From NCBI GenBank assembly GCA_965112735.1, contig OZ218955.1:1860001-1924000 (forward strand): a stretch of 64,000 bases of DNA, written 5' to 3'. The stretch's first letter is position 1, and each line of letters opens with the position of its first letter. The notes beneath the pieces are model-generated. The model was not told the DNA's origin and searched no databases. It saw nothing but the letters and a program-made list of their open reading frames with translations. This DNA is from Phaeosaccion multiseriatum (Eukaryota > Protista > Ochrophyta, other classes). Both the position numbers and the translations under genes were made by a program. Of the stretch, positions 39,877-53,461 are shown in pieces.

Positions 39877-39944
39877 GAGGAGGAGGAGGAGGGGGAGGAG
39901 GAGGAGGAGGAGGAGCGGGGGGAGGAGGAGCAGTAGTAGTGTTG

Positions 39945-39981
<37 letters not shown>

Positions 39982-40835
39982 GAGGAGGAGGAGAGCAGTA
40001 ATAGTAGTAGTAGTAGGAGGAGGAGAAGTAGAAGTATGGGTGGTGGTGGAGGTGGTGGTGGCCGTGTGGCAGAGCACCAGAGAAGAAACGGGAGCAGGGT
40101 AGGTGGTAGAGGTGTCGGGTCAATACAACACGTTCCGTGGGGGCCGTAGGAAGGGAAGCCTTGCGAGGGGCCGCCCTGGCCCTCCTCCCCCACACTCTCC
40201 ACCTCCCTGCCCTCGCCTTACCACCTCCCACATGTCCCTTGTGCACTCGCTTCCTCCTCCCCCACACCCTTTCTTGTGCACTACGTCTCGTCCTTCCTCT
40301 CACCTCCCCACGGCCGCCACAACAATGTCTGCTTCTCTCGTCACCTCCTCCGGCTGTTCCGTCTTGCTATGCACTATGGTTACTGTGGCGCCTCTCTGCA
40401 TGAGGAGCAGCGCCACGGGCAGCCCTACCATGTTGGACCTTCCAAGGACCACTGCACGCTTGCCGCTGATGGGCACATCCGATCGGTCCAACAGCTCGAT
40501 GCAGCCCTAGAGAGGGAGGGAGGGAGGGAAGAAGGGGGCGGAGATGAGGGAAGGATGGAGGGAGGGAGGGAGTGAGTTGCACATCGATATACGTGGTAGA
40601 GTAGTGAGAATAGAGAGCAGCAGTAGGATTTACAGCAGTAGCAGTAGAGCAGTAGCAGTAGCGCAGCTGCTTCAGAGTAGCCGCAACAAGATCCTTAACG
40701 ACCTCGACATACTGTGTCCTCTGGCTGTACCTGGGGGGTGCAGGCCACAGGAAAGCCCATGCCCTCGAAGTACGAAGATGGCCCGGTCAAGGCCGACGGT
40801 GACGACGCCGAGCCTGCCGCAGCAGTTGCAGCAGT

Positions 40836-40867
<32 letters not shown>

Positions 40868-41590
40868 GAGCAGAGGGGGCGACAGGAGGCCTTGTCTGAC
40901 AGCACGCTCCGAACAGGGCGGCGACATTAACGGGGTGAAGACCTAATGGAGGGAAGAGAGACGAGGGTGAGCCAAACGCTAGCAGCAGCAGTAGGCGCGG
41001 CGCCAGTAGCAGCAGCGCGCTCGCGTAGCGTCAGCGCGTACGTGCGGCACATTCCCCCAACATATGACATGATCGGACAGCCGACACAAGCAAATTCTCA
41101 TCTCTCTTTCTCTCTCTTGCGATCCATGATGGGCCTTCGCACACACTCTTGTCTCTGCTGGCCCCTTCTCCTATGTACATATCTCCGTTAGCAACACACA
41201 CGCACGCACACACGCACACACACACACACGCACTCACCATCCACATCCTTGTGCGGCGCCACGGCACTCAGCACGCTCCGCTCACAGATGTGCGAGGGCA
41301 GAGGCAGCTGCACCAGTATCCCATGCACGTCCTCCCTCTCGTTCAGCTCACGCACAGTGTCCAGCAGGGCAGACTCCGTCACTTCTTCCGGGAAGGAGAA
41401 GCCGAAGGACGCGATGCCCACTTCCTCACATGCGCGCTGCTTCATTCGCACGTACGTGGCGGAGTCGGAGCGATTTCCCACCAGGACCACCGCCAGTCCG
41501 GGCAATACCCCTGCCGCTGCTGCTGCTGGTGGTGGTGGTGCTACTGCTGCTGGTGTCTCTACATCTATTTTTGCGTCTCCTTTTGCTCCA

Positions 41591-41624
<34 letters not shown>

Positions 41625-42316
41625 CGGATCCCCCCTGCATGCCGGCCACTTGAGCTGCCAACTCGCGGCGGATGGTCGCGGCGATTGCTTTCCCTGCGCA
41701 CGCCGCAAGAGGGGCCAACCAGTAGAAAGGGGCGGAGAGGGATTGATGTAAAGACTACAGCCACAGCATAGCAGGGGACCTGCAGAAAAGGGGGTCAGGT
41801 GTCTCTTGCTTGCCTTCTTATGTTGCTCTCTCACGTACCGTCTATTAGTTCGCCCCTACTTCTTTCCCCTCCATCGGCAGCAGCAGCAGTAGCAGCAGTA
41901 GTAGACATACCACCGGGTGGGGAGGAATCGGACCTGAGACAAGACCCTCTGCCGCTCGTCTCATGCTGCTTCCGTCTCCACGACTGCTGCAGCGGCCGCT
42001 TACGGGCTGAAGGATCGTTGCCCAGCCGACTGCCATGGTGACGGAGGCGTTGATGACGGCGAAGACGGCTGCACCGACACTGAGAATGAGAAGAAGAGGG
42101 GCGAAAACTGCAGGGGCTAGGACTTTTCAAAGCTCCTGTCGCTATTGCTGTTGCTCTCCCTGCTCCTGCTGTTCCTGCTGCTGTTGTTGTCCTCTGAGCA
42201 GCTTGCAGAGGCTGGGAAAGAGTCCAGCACGTGGCCAGTGGCAGCAGCACCAGCAGCAACAAGGAAGGAACCACGCTCAGGGCCCACCATGTGCGCCAGA
42301 GCAAGGCAGACAGCAT
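39098..42316 (-). CDS. folD: Bifunctional methylenetetrahydrofolate dehydrogenase/cyclohydrolase, probably plastid-targeted
   Basis: Exons read ELIDG/GKAIA...[18 protein letters not shown]...[10 protein letters not shown]...KDVDG/LHPVNV...ACTPQ/GCIELL...[35 protein letters not shown]...[19 protein letters not shown]. The N-terminus has a signal peptide followed by an S/R-rich transit-like segment. Confidence 0.95.
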
Positions 42317-42452
42317 CTAAGGAAGACAGAGTGGGGAAAAGGAGGAGGAAGGAGGGGGATTGTGGGAAAAAAGATGAAAAAAGGTCGCCATGGAAAGAAC
42401 CAACATGGCCAACTGTGAGTCTGCTCAAGAAACTGAAACTCAAGGACACAAC

Positions 42453-42559
42453 GGTTCTGGGTTCCAGGTTCTGGCCGCCGTTCTGGGGCATGTCCCCCTG
42501 AACCTGGATCAGGTTCCAGGTTCTGGCCTGGGTCGCCTCAGAACCTTGTCAGGGGTCGA
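42453..42559. mobile_element. Truncated copy of the 35984 MITE in the FolD upstream region
   Basis: It has the identical right end TGGGTCGCCTCAGAACCTTGTCAGGGGTCGA and shares internal GGTTCTGGGTTCCAGGTTCTGG and GTCCCCCTGAACCTGGAT. The left TIR and TSD are lost. Confidence 0.85.
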
Positions 42560-43223
42560 TTATGTCTCCTTTCACCATTTCTCTGAACGAGGTACTACTA
42601 GATTGTTTCAGGGCTGCACCAAGATGCAGCTCCATGGAGAGGACGTGCGGGCCGACGTACAATACCGCGACAATACCGCGAGCAGAAGAGCCAGCAGCAG
42701 AAGCAGCAGCAGCAAGGAGCGACCGAGCGAGTGCGGGGGAGGGGACGGGGAGCGCCATAGTCGGATACAACCATCCCTGTCACTGATTCGCCTCCCCCCC
42801 ATTCCCCCCACCAGCCGCCTCGCCACCGCCTGTCATCTCTCTTGGAGGGCTCCTCCTCTCCTCTCTGGGCTGGCTCCGCATCCCTCCACCACCTCAGTTG
42901 CTCCTGCTCCTTCTCCTGCTCCATTTCCTCCTCCCGCAACTCGCTGCTTCTCCGTGGACAGAGCACACACACACACACATACGCTGGTGCAGGCAGCCAC
43001 CTTCTCGGCATCAGGTCGATCGGCTCAGACTGCTTATGAATATGAAGGCGTCAACAACGGTCGACGACGAGGATCTCTCCTCCTCCCGTGTGCAGAGCAG
43101 AGGGAATACAAGTGCTCCTACAACTCTGGGGCGGCAACGAAGGAGCGATCGAGGCCGCTACTGCTAACGCCCGTTCCCCTCCTCCTGCTGCTGTTGCTGC
43201 TGCTGGTGCTGATGTGGCTGCTA

Positions 43224-43254
<31 letters not shown>

Positions 43255-43514
43255 CTGCACACGCCCTCAAAGGAAAGGCCCGGCCTCGCTCGAGATAGGC
43301 TGAGGGCCGAGGTTGATGGGCGCACAGTGCACACCCAGCACAAAGCCCCCCCCCCCTCCTCACCTCCCTCACCCCCCTCACTCCACGCCCAGGGGAGGGA
43401 GAAGGGAGGGGAGATGGGCCCCCTCACCGCCCTTGCTGTGCCCATTCTACCCCCACCCCCATGCCCCCCCTCCTCGGGGAGCCTTGTACGGGCGGGAGCT
43501 CAACCGGACCCTGC

Positions 43515-45176
43515 TCAGACACCTCTACTGCTCCTGCTGCTGAGAATGCCCTCCAACCGAACCTCTTCGTCCTGCCTGGGAGCCGCCATCTGGGGACGGA
43601 GGAGAGGACGGGCAGGGACAAGTTAAGTGTGTGCGTGTGTGCGGAAAAGAAAAAAAAGAAAAGAGCCAAAGTCAAATCAAACCTCAAAAATATTCCCAAC
43701 ATGTCCACCGCCCCCCCCCCCCTCCCCCTCCACTCCACACCATCTCAACCCTCCCCTCCCCACCCCACGTACCTCTTCGGCGAGCGAGTACACATACATG
43801 GCCCCGCGTGAGTCTCCCACCGCCATCCTCCTTCCCTCCCCCGACCAGGAGAGCCGGTTGAGGGCCGCGTTAGAGACCTTCGTGGAGGTGTCCACAGGCT
43901 CCTCTGTGCTCTGGGTCAGATCCCACAGCCCGAGCTTACCGCTGATGCTACATGTCACGAAAACGGAGCAGCGCTGGGGCGACCTGTGCCGCAAACCAAC
44001 ATGCAACACAAACATAAACAACACACGACAGCATGAACACAACGGACGTTGACGGAGGTGGATGTAGGCAAGAGAAGCAAGCAGGGAGGGAGCGGGAGGG
44101 GAGGAGGGGTTGCAGCGGACGGACGTACTTACCACTTGGCGTCGCTGATATAGTCATAACCACCGTCACTGAACGACATGAGCGCCTCGGGGCTGCCAGC
44201 CCCCCCTAGCCCCCCTGGGCCCCCGCCGCCACCGGAGTCACCACCACTGCCGCTGCCACTACTGTTGCCGCCACCGCTTGTGCTGCTGCTACTGCTGCTG
44301 CTGCTGCTGGGGCCTCCTCCTCCTCCTCCTCCTCCTCCCGTGGCCTCGAGGCGCCACAGACGCGTGGTCCAATCCACGGAGCTGGACAGGAGTAGGCCCT
44401 GCAGACCGCGAGAGGTGCCGGGGTTGCTGTCGACGGAGGTGACCATGCCGTAATGGCCCTTGTACGCCTAAGGAGGGGGAGAGGAAGGGGAGTAGGAGGC
44501 ACCCAACGGGAGAGGGGAAGGGGAAGGGGAGAAGGCACACCAGCACACAAGACGTACGCACGCACGCACGCACGCACGCACGCACACAGGATGCAACAAC
44601 GAGCGGCGTGGAGGCGATGAATCAATCGAGGGTCGGAAAGGAGAGGAGAGAATGTGTGAGAATGGGAAGAACGATGGGAAGAACGAATGGCTTCAATTCA
44701 ATCCCAGCCACATACATCATCAGGCCTCGCTCTCTCCTCTCCCCACCCTCACTCTCACCTGGACTTTCTCTTCCTTTTGTGAGTGCAGCTTTCTACTGTA
44801 GATGCCGCCGTTCTCGCTGCCCACAATCAGAGACTTGGGGTTTTGACGAGGGCCCAGCGTCAGGCTGCTGATGGATACGGGTGTTCGCTCGGCCGAGCTA
44901 CAGGCAGAGACAGGCGTAAGACAAAAGAGAGGACAAGACGAGACAAGGGGCAGACGTTTGCCAGCCACCGTGCCACACACACACACGCACCTACGCACCC
45001 ACAGGAATGGAGGGAGGGAAACTGAGCTGCAGACTGACTGACTGACTGAATTGCCCCCGACCGACAGACAGACAGACAGACAGACAGGCAGGAAAGACTG
45101 GCAGATAGACACATAGGCAGACAGACACATAGGCAGACAGACAGACAGACAGACAGACAGACAGGCAGGCAGAGAA

Positions 45177-45219
<43 letters not shown>

Positions 45220-47961
45220 GGCAGGCAGGCAGGCAGGCAGGCAGAGAAACGGACAGACAAACAAACCGATAGACAGAGAAGACAAGACAAGACAGCAGTC
45301 CCACCTTGTCCCGGCCCTTGGTTCGTACAACTGCACCGAGGCCGTCGGCTTGTGGAGGTTTCCAAGGCTCCACCACGCCACCTTGCCATCCGAGCTGGCG
45401 GTGACCAGGCTGTGCGTCTTAGCCGAGCCGTGAAGTGCCATCCCGTACACGGGGTGCGCGTGGCACTGCGAGGAGAGAGGGGTACGCTGCACGGGGAGGG
45501 ACTTGGCGCGGATGTCCCACACCAGGATCTTATGTGTAGAGAGAGAGGGTGGGGGAGGTGGGTGAGAGAGATGGAGAGTGGAGAGCCGAGTGAGCGAGAG
45601 AGAGGGAGAGGGTGAAGAGAGAGAGAGAGAGAGCAAGAGGAGGGAGCGCTAGAGAAAAGAGACAACACACCTGTCCAGAGTAGGAGCCACCGATGACGAG
45701 GTGGCTGTCAAAGTCGTGAAACCGCGCACACAACACCGGAGATTGACACGTGAGGACGGTCTCGGGGCGGTGCTGCATTGCCAGCGACCACACAGCCACC
45801 ATGCCCTCCGCCTCGCTCGACTGGGGTGAGGGGGGGGGGAGGGAGAGAGAGGAGGGGAGAGGGAGGTGAGATGAAACTGTTTCAGAAGTGCGTAAGTCCG
45901 TACGTACGCGAACGTACCGGGCTGAGCGCCGACGCCGAGGCCGTCTGCCCCCTCGCGCTGTAGGCCGCAAGCATGAGCTCTGGGTGGTGCGGAGACCAAC
46001 GCACGTCGGTTACAGAACGGTCCTGAGTGTAACTGTCCTCGTGGAAGCGCATTGCTTGGGTCAGGGCCTCGCCACTGCCCACACGGTCTGATGCGGAGGG
46101 GGGGGGGGGAGTGGAGGCGTGCGTGAGAAGGAAGCACAGGCACGGGGTGGGTGGGTGGGTGCTTCTGCGTACAGCGTATGGGCATTCTGCCAGCATTTCC
46201 CTCCCTCCCCCCCCCCTCCCGCCATCGCCCCTTCCATCCATCCATCCCTCCCTCCCCCTCGCTCCCTTCCCTCCTGCCTCGCTCCCTTCCCTCACTCTCT
46301 CCCCTCTCCTCCCTCCCCCCCCTCCCCTCCCTCACCTTGCACCTCCTCCTTGCCGTAGTCTACAAGGATGTCGTAGGCTGCGTGCTCCCCCATGAGCCTC
46401 TCCACCATCTTTGAGGAACGTTCCACGAACGTTGCAAACGTGTCCGACGCCAAGATGTCGCGCTTCTCATCTGCAGAAAGGTTCTTCCTTCCCCCTTCCC
46501 CCTCCCCTCCTCCATCCCCTCCTGCTTCTCCTCCTCCTGCTGCTCCTGCTGCTCCGCCTGCTGCTCCTCCCTCGCCCCCCCCCTCCTCCCCTCCTGCCCT
46601 CAGTCGACCGCTACCGCTACCACTGCCAAACCTCCCGCCGCCGGCCCCTTCCCCGCCAGCTTGGCTGCTTTTGAACATTCTCTTTCCGTCCACTCGGTCT
46701 GAGAGGCGGCCTCCTCCCACCTCTTCACTCCCACCCACCCCTGGGGCGCCTGCTATCACCAGCATTAAAGGAGTGAGAGGGTGTGTGAAAGAGAAAAAGA
46801 GAGAGAGGAAGAGGAGAGGAAGAGAGACAGGGCGGGGGGGAGAGAACACATAGGGCGTGAAGTGAATCCCTTGCCCCTGATATGGCCCCACCTCCCACCC
46901 CCCCCCCCCTTCCGATGGCAACAACGAAACTTCACACACTACACTACGCAAGCCTCGTGAGGTATGCATACGCCGTTAAGGATCGATAAAGATCCTTCGC
47001 CACCCCCTCTCTCCCTCCCTCCCCCCATTCCTCTCTCGTTTCACTCACCCCCTCCTCCCTGCGCATCCCCGGTGCCCTCCTCGCTGCTGCCGTCGGCGCC
47101 ATATTCATCCCCCCCTTCCTCCGTCTGAGTACCCTTGTCATAGAGCTCGACTGCCCTCTCGGGTGGAGGAGACTCCTTCGCCAGCCCCACTGCGAGTGAG
47201 AGCGTCACCGCCTCCCGTCGCTTGCTCTGGCTCTCTCCTGTGGCGCCTGGCCCAGTGGTAGTGGTGGTGGTTGAGGTATCATCTCTGCCTTTTGAATCGT
47301 CGCCATCTGTCTGCGGTTGGCCATCCGTCGGCTCCGGCCCTGGTGCGGGGGCCGGGGGAGCGGGCGACGGTGCAGTGGAGGGACAGAGTCTCGCGTGTCA
47401 AAAGTGTGCAGTTGGGAATGTAGACAAGAGAGGGACAGAGAGAGACAGACAGATAGAGAGAAAGAGAGAGAGAATGAGAGTGAGAGAGAGAGAGACCAGC
47501 CAACCTGCCGGGGTGCTCAGCAGACCCTTGATGAAGGAGTCGAGGGCTTCTCCGTCGCTCGGATCGGCGCTACCAGCTGCTGCGGCAGCCCCCGTAGAAG
47601 CGGCAGTAGTAGGGCCCGAGGGAGCGGACTCTGCACTGGTGCTTTGGGGTTCAGCTGCTGAGGTTGCCTCCAATCCGGCCGATTTGGTCTACGACAGAGG
47701 GATGTGGGGAAAAGGGGGGAGAAAGGATGGTGTAGGTTGAAGGGAGAGGGAGCGAGCTCTGAAGAATCTTCAGTCTTTAACGATGCGAGCTCGTGGCACG
47801 CACAGCCAGTAGCTGCAGCAGCAAGGTAGAAAGATGGTCCAAGCAATCCCACATCCTTCCGTGTAGCACACCTGTCTTCTCTTGCGAAGCTCCTCCAACC
47901 TCTTTCGCTTCTCCTCAAGCTGCTGCTGCCTCTGCTTGCGCACTGCTTCTGCGTCCGCCAT
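43515..47961 (-). CDS. Cytoplasmic dynein intermediate chain (WD40)
   Basis: N-terminal coil QLEEKRKRLEELRKRR, then ELYDKG, FVERSSKMVERLM...YDILVDY, RSVTDVRWSPHHPELMLAAY, GGSYSGQILVWDIR, HAHPVY, GHYGMVTSV, LSSSVDWTTRLW and ALNRLSWSGEGRRMAVGDS. About 11 exons. Confidence 0.92.
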
Positions 47962-48298
47962 CTCTATCAACTCTTCTCCCCACGCCCCTCCCTCTCTCTA
48001 CCTTCTTCTAAACCCCACTTGCTGCTCAAAGTAAGGCTGGCAGTTTGGAGGTAGCAGAGCTTCGGGAAAAAGCGAGAGCTGCTTCTTGCGTTCACTCTCC
48101 CCGGCCACGGGCTCGACGACCTTCCTCCGCCCCCGAAGCTCAGAGTCGGGGGTGAATGGTTCGGGGAAGAAGAAGGACAATTATTGCCCTTAGCACCCCC
48201 CTCCTTCATCCTTCCTTCTGGTGCCATCTCATCGTGGGTGCCAAGAGCAAATAAATATCTTCAAAACAAGAAGGACACTCCCTTTTCTCTTCGTCGCC

Positions 48299-48810
48299 AT
48301 GAGAATGTGCAAGACTTCTGCAGCTTTATTGGCGACCGGGGTGGCCCTCGGCACCGGGGTGGCCCTCGGCACCGGGTCTCGTCGAGGCTGTGGGTGCCTA
48401 GCTTTTAGATGCCCGCCTCTCCCAACAAGAGCTGCTGCTTCTCATGTGCGAGGTGCGACTAGCAAAGCAACCCCGACAGCAGGCCGAGTAGATGAAGTGG
48501 CATATTCCACGGGCTGGGCAAGGGGCAGGAGGCGGAGAAGAGCGGAGGCAAGGACGGTTGGCAACAGCAGTGGTGCTGTCCGAGGGTGCTGCACTCGGCT
48601 GCGCGCCTCGGGGTCTGAGGAGTCCGAAGAGTTCTCATCTGGAGACGATAGTGTGTTTTCAAACTTCGATAATAGACGGTGAGAGACGTGTGGTGCCATG
48701 CTGACCTTGTTGGGATGCGTCCTCTCTTCCGTCCCGCACCTCTGAAGTGGGCACCCATCGCCTCATCGCCTCAACCCCTCCGTTCGCTTCCCTGTTTGTC
48801 CTCTGCCCTC

Positions 48811-48858
<48 letters not shown>

Positions 48859-50669
48859 CGACAACAAGCAGACAGGCCGCGGCGGACAGAGACTATTCCC
48901 TGCCCAAGAACTTTGACTACGATGCAGGGGACGACGACGACAGCGTGTGGGATGACTATGACAACGACGATGCCTACAATGTACCCAGACCCAAGGCTGC
49001 TACAGTAAGTAAGAGCCGAAGGAGCAGGAGGGAGGGATGACTTGAGAGGATTTAGAGTTGTGACAACCCTCACATTCTCTCCCTCTCCCTCTCCCTCTCC
49101 CTCTCCCCCCCCCCCCCCTCTCTCTCTCTCTCTCTCCCTCTCTCCCTCTCTCGCTCTCCCTCTCTCGCTCTCTCTCTCCCCCTACCCAAACCGAACCCAA
49201 AACCAAACAGGAGAGCTCCGACTTCCCATCCCGCGAGAAGCTCAAGGAGACGGTCGTGGCAGACGAGGAAGATGCAGACATGTTCAGCCAAAGCTCTCTG
49301 CGCGAGCTGGCCTATCTGTTCGACTTCCCCATGGAGTTTCTGCTCAACGTGTGTTGCAGGTGGGGAGCCACCCCGCCCATTGATGTACGTACGACGTGAG
49401 GAGGGAGGAGGAGGAGGTGGTGGTGGTGGTGGTGGTGGAGGAGGAGGAGGAGGAGGACGAGGAGGAGGAGGAGGAGGAGGAGGAGGATGAGGACGAGGAG
49501 GAGGTTGAGGAGGAGGAGGAGGAGGAGGTTGAGGAGGAGGAGGAGGAGGAGGAGGAGGACAAAGACGAGGATGAGGAGGACGAGGACGAGGACGAGGAGA
49601 AGAAAAACAACAAGCAGCATAATGAGAAGGATGAGGAGGAGGAAGAAGAGAGTTCTAAGTTTCGCTTCGGCGTACGAAAGGGGAAAGGGGAAAGCTCCTG
49701 CAGCTCGCACCCATCCATGCTTCGGCTCCGACCAAGTGCCTCTCTCACCCCTTTGCAATACCCCACTCACTGTCCTTGCCTCCTCTCCACAGGAGAACAT
49801 CAGGGTGGGTGACCTGCTGGACTCCGAACATTGCTACTCCCTGCTGGAGGCCCTCACCACTCTGGACAGGTACGTGTATTGAACATGTATACATTGGCCA
49901 TCTGTCTCTTAGCATCGCACAACAGAGCCCTCTTAGCGTTTTCGAGAGAGTCTTGGCCATCTACGACTGATGTTTGCTCTCTCTTGTTCCTCTCACCCTC
50001 TCCCTCTCTTCTCCCTCTCGCCCTCTCCCTCTCTTCCCCCCCCCCCCCCCCTTCTCCCTCTCTTCCTCTTTCTCTATCTCCCTCTCTCTGTCTCCCTCTC
50101 TATCTGTCACCCCCGTCTCTCTCTATCTCTACGTGTGTGTGTGTGTGTGCGTGCGTGTGTGTGCTCCAGTACGTCTGTCCGAGAGGAGTACGTGGAAGAT
50201 AATCTCGAGGAGCTCGCCGAAATCTTCGAGAGGTCTCTCCCTGACGTGTTTATGGCCGCCGCTAGGAACAAGTGAGTGGGTTGGAATACGAACAACGTAA
50301 CGCAAAAGAGTCACAGTTGGCAACGGTGGTGTTTCTTTCGCCTCTGCCTCTCTCCTCTTACTTGCATACATCCTTATACACGTGTGTCTCCGCCTGCCCG
50401 CCCATCCCCCCATCGGCCCTCGTGTGTGTATGTCTGTGTGTGTATGCGTGTTTGTATATATATATATATATGTGTGTGTGTGTCGGTGCTCCCTATTTCT
50501 CTCTCTCTCTTGTACGCTCTTTGTCTGTCGAAGGATCCTCCTCCCCGAGGGGACCAAAACGCACGTCACTAGAGAGGAATATAAGATCCTGCTGAGGGCC
50601 TTGGGTCTGCAGCAAATGTGGGAGGACGAGGTGAGTCAGTTGGTCGTATGCTCGCCATCCATGTTGGTT

Positions 50670-50712
<43 letters not shown>

Positions 50713-51103
50713 TAGGCATGCAGTCACGACATGCCGGTCAACCAGTCACTCCTTTAGGTGTCAATTATTGGCCTGCCTGTGTGTGCTTTCCTTCCCCTCT
50801 CAAAGCAACAATCACTTTTTTTTACGGAACTTGTCCCATTTATGACACGTTTCCTCCGACAAAACTGCCTCCTGCTGCTGCTGTGCTGCTGCTGTGTGTA
50901 TCACTGACTGCCGCAGGTCGGGCAGGGAGACGAGCTGGAACGCATCCGCGCCGCCCGAGTAGCGGTGGTGGAGGAGAGGCCCGACAGAGATGTCTATGTA
51001 GATGAAGACGGGGAGGAGATCGAGATTTGAAGGGAAGGCTCCAAGACTGGGGAACAAAGAGACTTCCGAAGGCCCCAAGACTGGGGAACAAAGAGACTCG
51101 TAA
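48299..51103 (+). CDS. Conserved algal protein with two short helical repeats (IF-2 N-terminal-like), probable plastid leader
   Basis: Seven GT-AG exons stay in frame. Repeat 1 reads SLRELAYLFDFPMEFLLNVCCRWGATPPID-ENIRVGDLL; repeat 2 reads NLEELAEIFERSLPDVFMAAARNKILLPEGTKTHV. The family assignment is from recall. Confidence 0.72.
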
Positions 51104-51487
51104 AGGCCCCAAGACGGGAAGAGCGGAGACTGGTGAAGGCTCTCGGGGGCCTCTCTGAAGGAAGCATGTCGGCAGGGACGGAGCGGCCAAAGCGAAGGGA
51201 GGGGCACCAGAGGGGGACAATCAAAGCGAAGGAAGGGCAGGAGCTCTCTTGACCTTTGTTCGTGTACACGTGTTGCTATGTTGTCGTTCACTACGAGGCA
51301 TATACCTATGTTGTCGTTGACTACCAGAAAACAAGAAGTAGAAAGTACTTGTATTTTAGACAGTTGGAAGTTCGCGCTCAATGTACAGGAGCCCAGACGA
51401 CCACTCTCGGAACAGTCCCAAAATTGCCCCCCAAAACAATTCACATCATCATCATCATCATCATCATCAGCAGCAGCATCATTCCTC

Positions 51488-53420
51488 TCAGTAGGTGAAG
51501 CTGAGGCGAATCCAACTGCCCGTGATGTGCTCCTCCATCTCCGTCCAGCCAGGGGGGAACATCACAAAGGGACGCAGAGCCTGTCCGAACATTGCCCTCT
51601 CCAGGCCTGCTGGCAACTGTATCGCCAACGGGGGAGGAGGAGGAGGGTGGGCTACCCCGCCCTCCTCCTCCTCCTCCTCCTCCTCCTCCTCTCCCTCCTC
51701 CCCGCCTTCGTCTTCCAGCTGCTGCTGCTGATGCTGTTGTACCACCAACTGCTGTGGCGGTGCGCCCCCCCCCTCTTCCATCCCCAGGGCGCCTGTCCAG
51801 CGCATGTCCATCCCGAACTCGACCCTCTTGAGCCCCTCGGGCAGCGCGATGGGGTGCAGCCTATGTACCCAACACACCAGCTCCTTTAGCCTGGTTGGAA
51901 GTAAGGGGGGGCGGGCGGGGTATGGATACGGTATGGATAGGGTATGGCCCATGGGGACATGGTCACAAGATAGGGGCAACATAGATGATGCAGCACACGC
52001 GCGAGGTGATTACACCAAAGGGCACATACAGCAGTCCTGTCGGTGGTTGGTTGGTGGGGTGGTTGGTTGCATGAAGGGCTCATCGGAGTATTTATTGTGA
52101 GTGTGAACGTGTGTGTGCTAAGGTGTGTGATGATATCCTCCCTCTTGTAGTTACCCTTCGGGGAGGCGAACGTGTTGGTCAAAGTCCTGCCCAAAGATGC
52201 AGCGCTCGAGGCCGGGCGGCATGGGCCCTATGAACGGCGCGTTAAAGGCGTCACCTGTAGGGGTCGTAGGAGTCGTAGTGGAGGAGGAGGAGGAGGAGGA
52301 GGAGGAGGAGGAGGTGGTGGTGGTGGTGGTGGTGGTGGTGGTGGGTGAGGAGCGCGTTCAGAGGCTTTCCTCCATCCCACCCCCCCCCTTCTCCCTTCCC
52401 CTCCCTCCTGGTCACGCACCGAACTCGCACTCGACAACCGAGGGCGGCAGCTGTAGCGGCTGATTGAAGTCCTCTCCTGCGTATCACCGGGGGGGGGGGG
52501 TGAGTGGGTGAGTGAGTGTGAGTGTGTGTGTGGGGGGGGGGTGTGGGGGTGGTAAGTGCCACCTCAAATAAGACGAATGAGGTGGAGGGACAGAGAGGCC
52601 CCACCACCCCCTATAGATACATCCACACACAGAAACACACACCACCCCCCATAGCTACATCCACACACAGAAACACACACCACCCCCTATAGCTACTCTA
52701 CATCCACCCACATAAAACACACACCACCCCCTTAGCTACATCCACACACACAAACACACACACATTCTTGACACGTACCGAAGATGATCCTGTCGAGCGA
52801 GGGCGGCAGCTGCAAAGGCTGATCGAAGTCTTCGCCGAACTCGAGCTCCTTGAGGCCTGCGGGCAGGGCATGGCGCAACGGTCTGTTGTATCGGGCTCCA
52901 AACTTCAGCTTGAGCAGTCCCTGGGGCAGCGGGGGTAAAGGGCGATTAAACTCGGAGCCGAAACGCAGCTCTCTGAGAGAGGAGGGAAGGGCGACATCGC
53001 AGTTAAAGTCGCTGCCGAACTTGACCGATCGTAGGCCCTGGTGTAGCAGAGAGAGAGAGAGAGAGAGGAGAGAAAGAGAGAGAGAGAGAGGGAGAGAAAG
53101 AGAGAGAGAGGGAGAGAGAGACGGAGGGAGGGAGAGAGAGTGAGATAGAAAGACCGAGGAGAGGAAGACACACAAAGAGGGAGAAAAGAGAGTGAAAGAA
53201 GGCATAAAGAAGAGAGATGACGTATACAATGGTAACAGTAGTAACCCTCCCCTCCCCTGTTGTACCTCGGGGAGCCCAATGGCTCTGTTGAAGGTGCCCC
53301 CCTGGAACTTGAGGGTCTGCAGCTTGCCGTGGGAGGGCAGGTGCAGCGTTTGGTTCACGTATCTCGACACGACGAGGTGCTTGAAAGGCGGGAGGGCGGC
53401 CAGGGCTCGCACCATTACTC

Positions 53421-53461
<41 letters not shown>

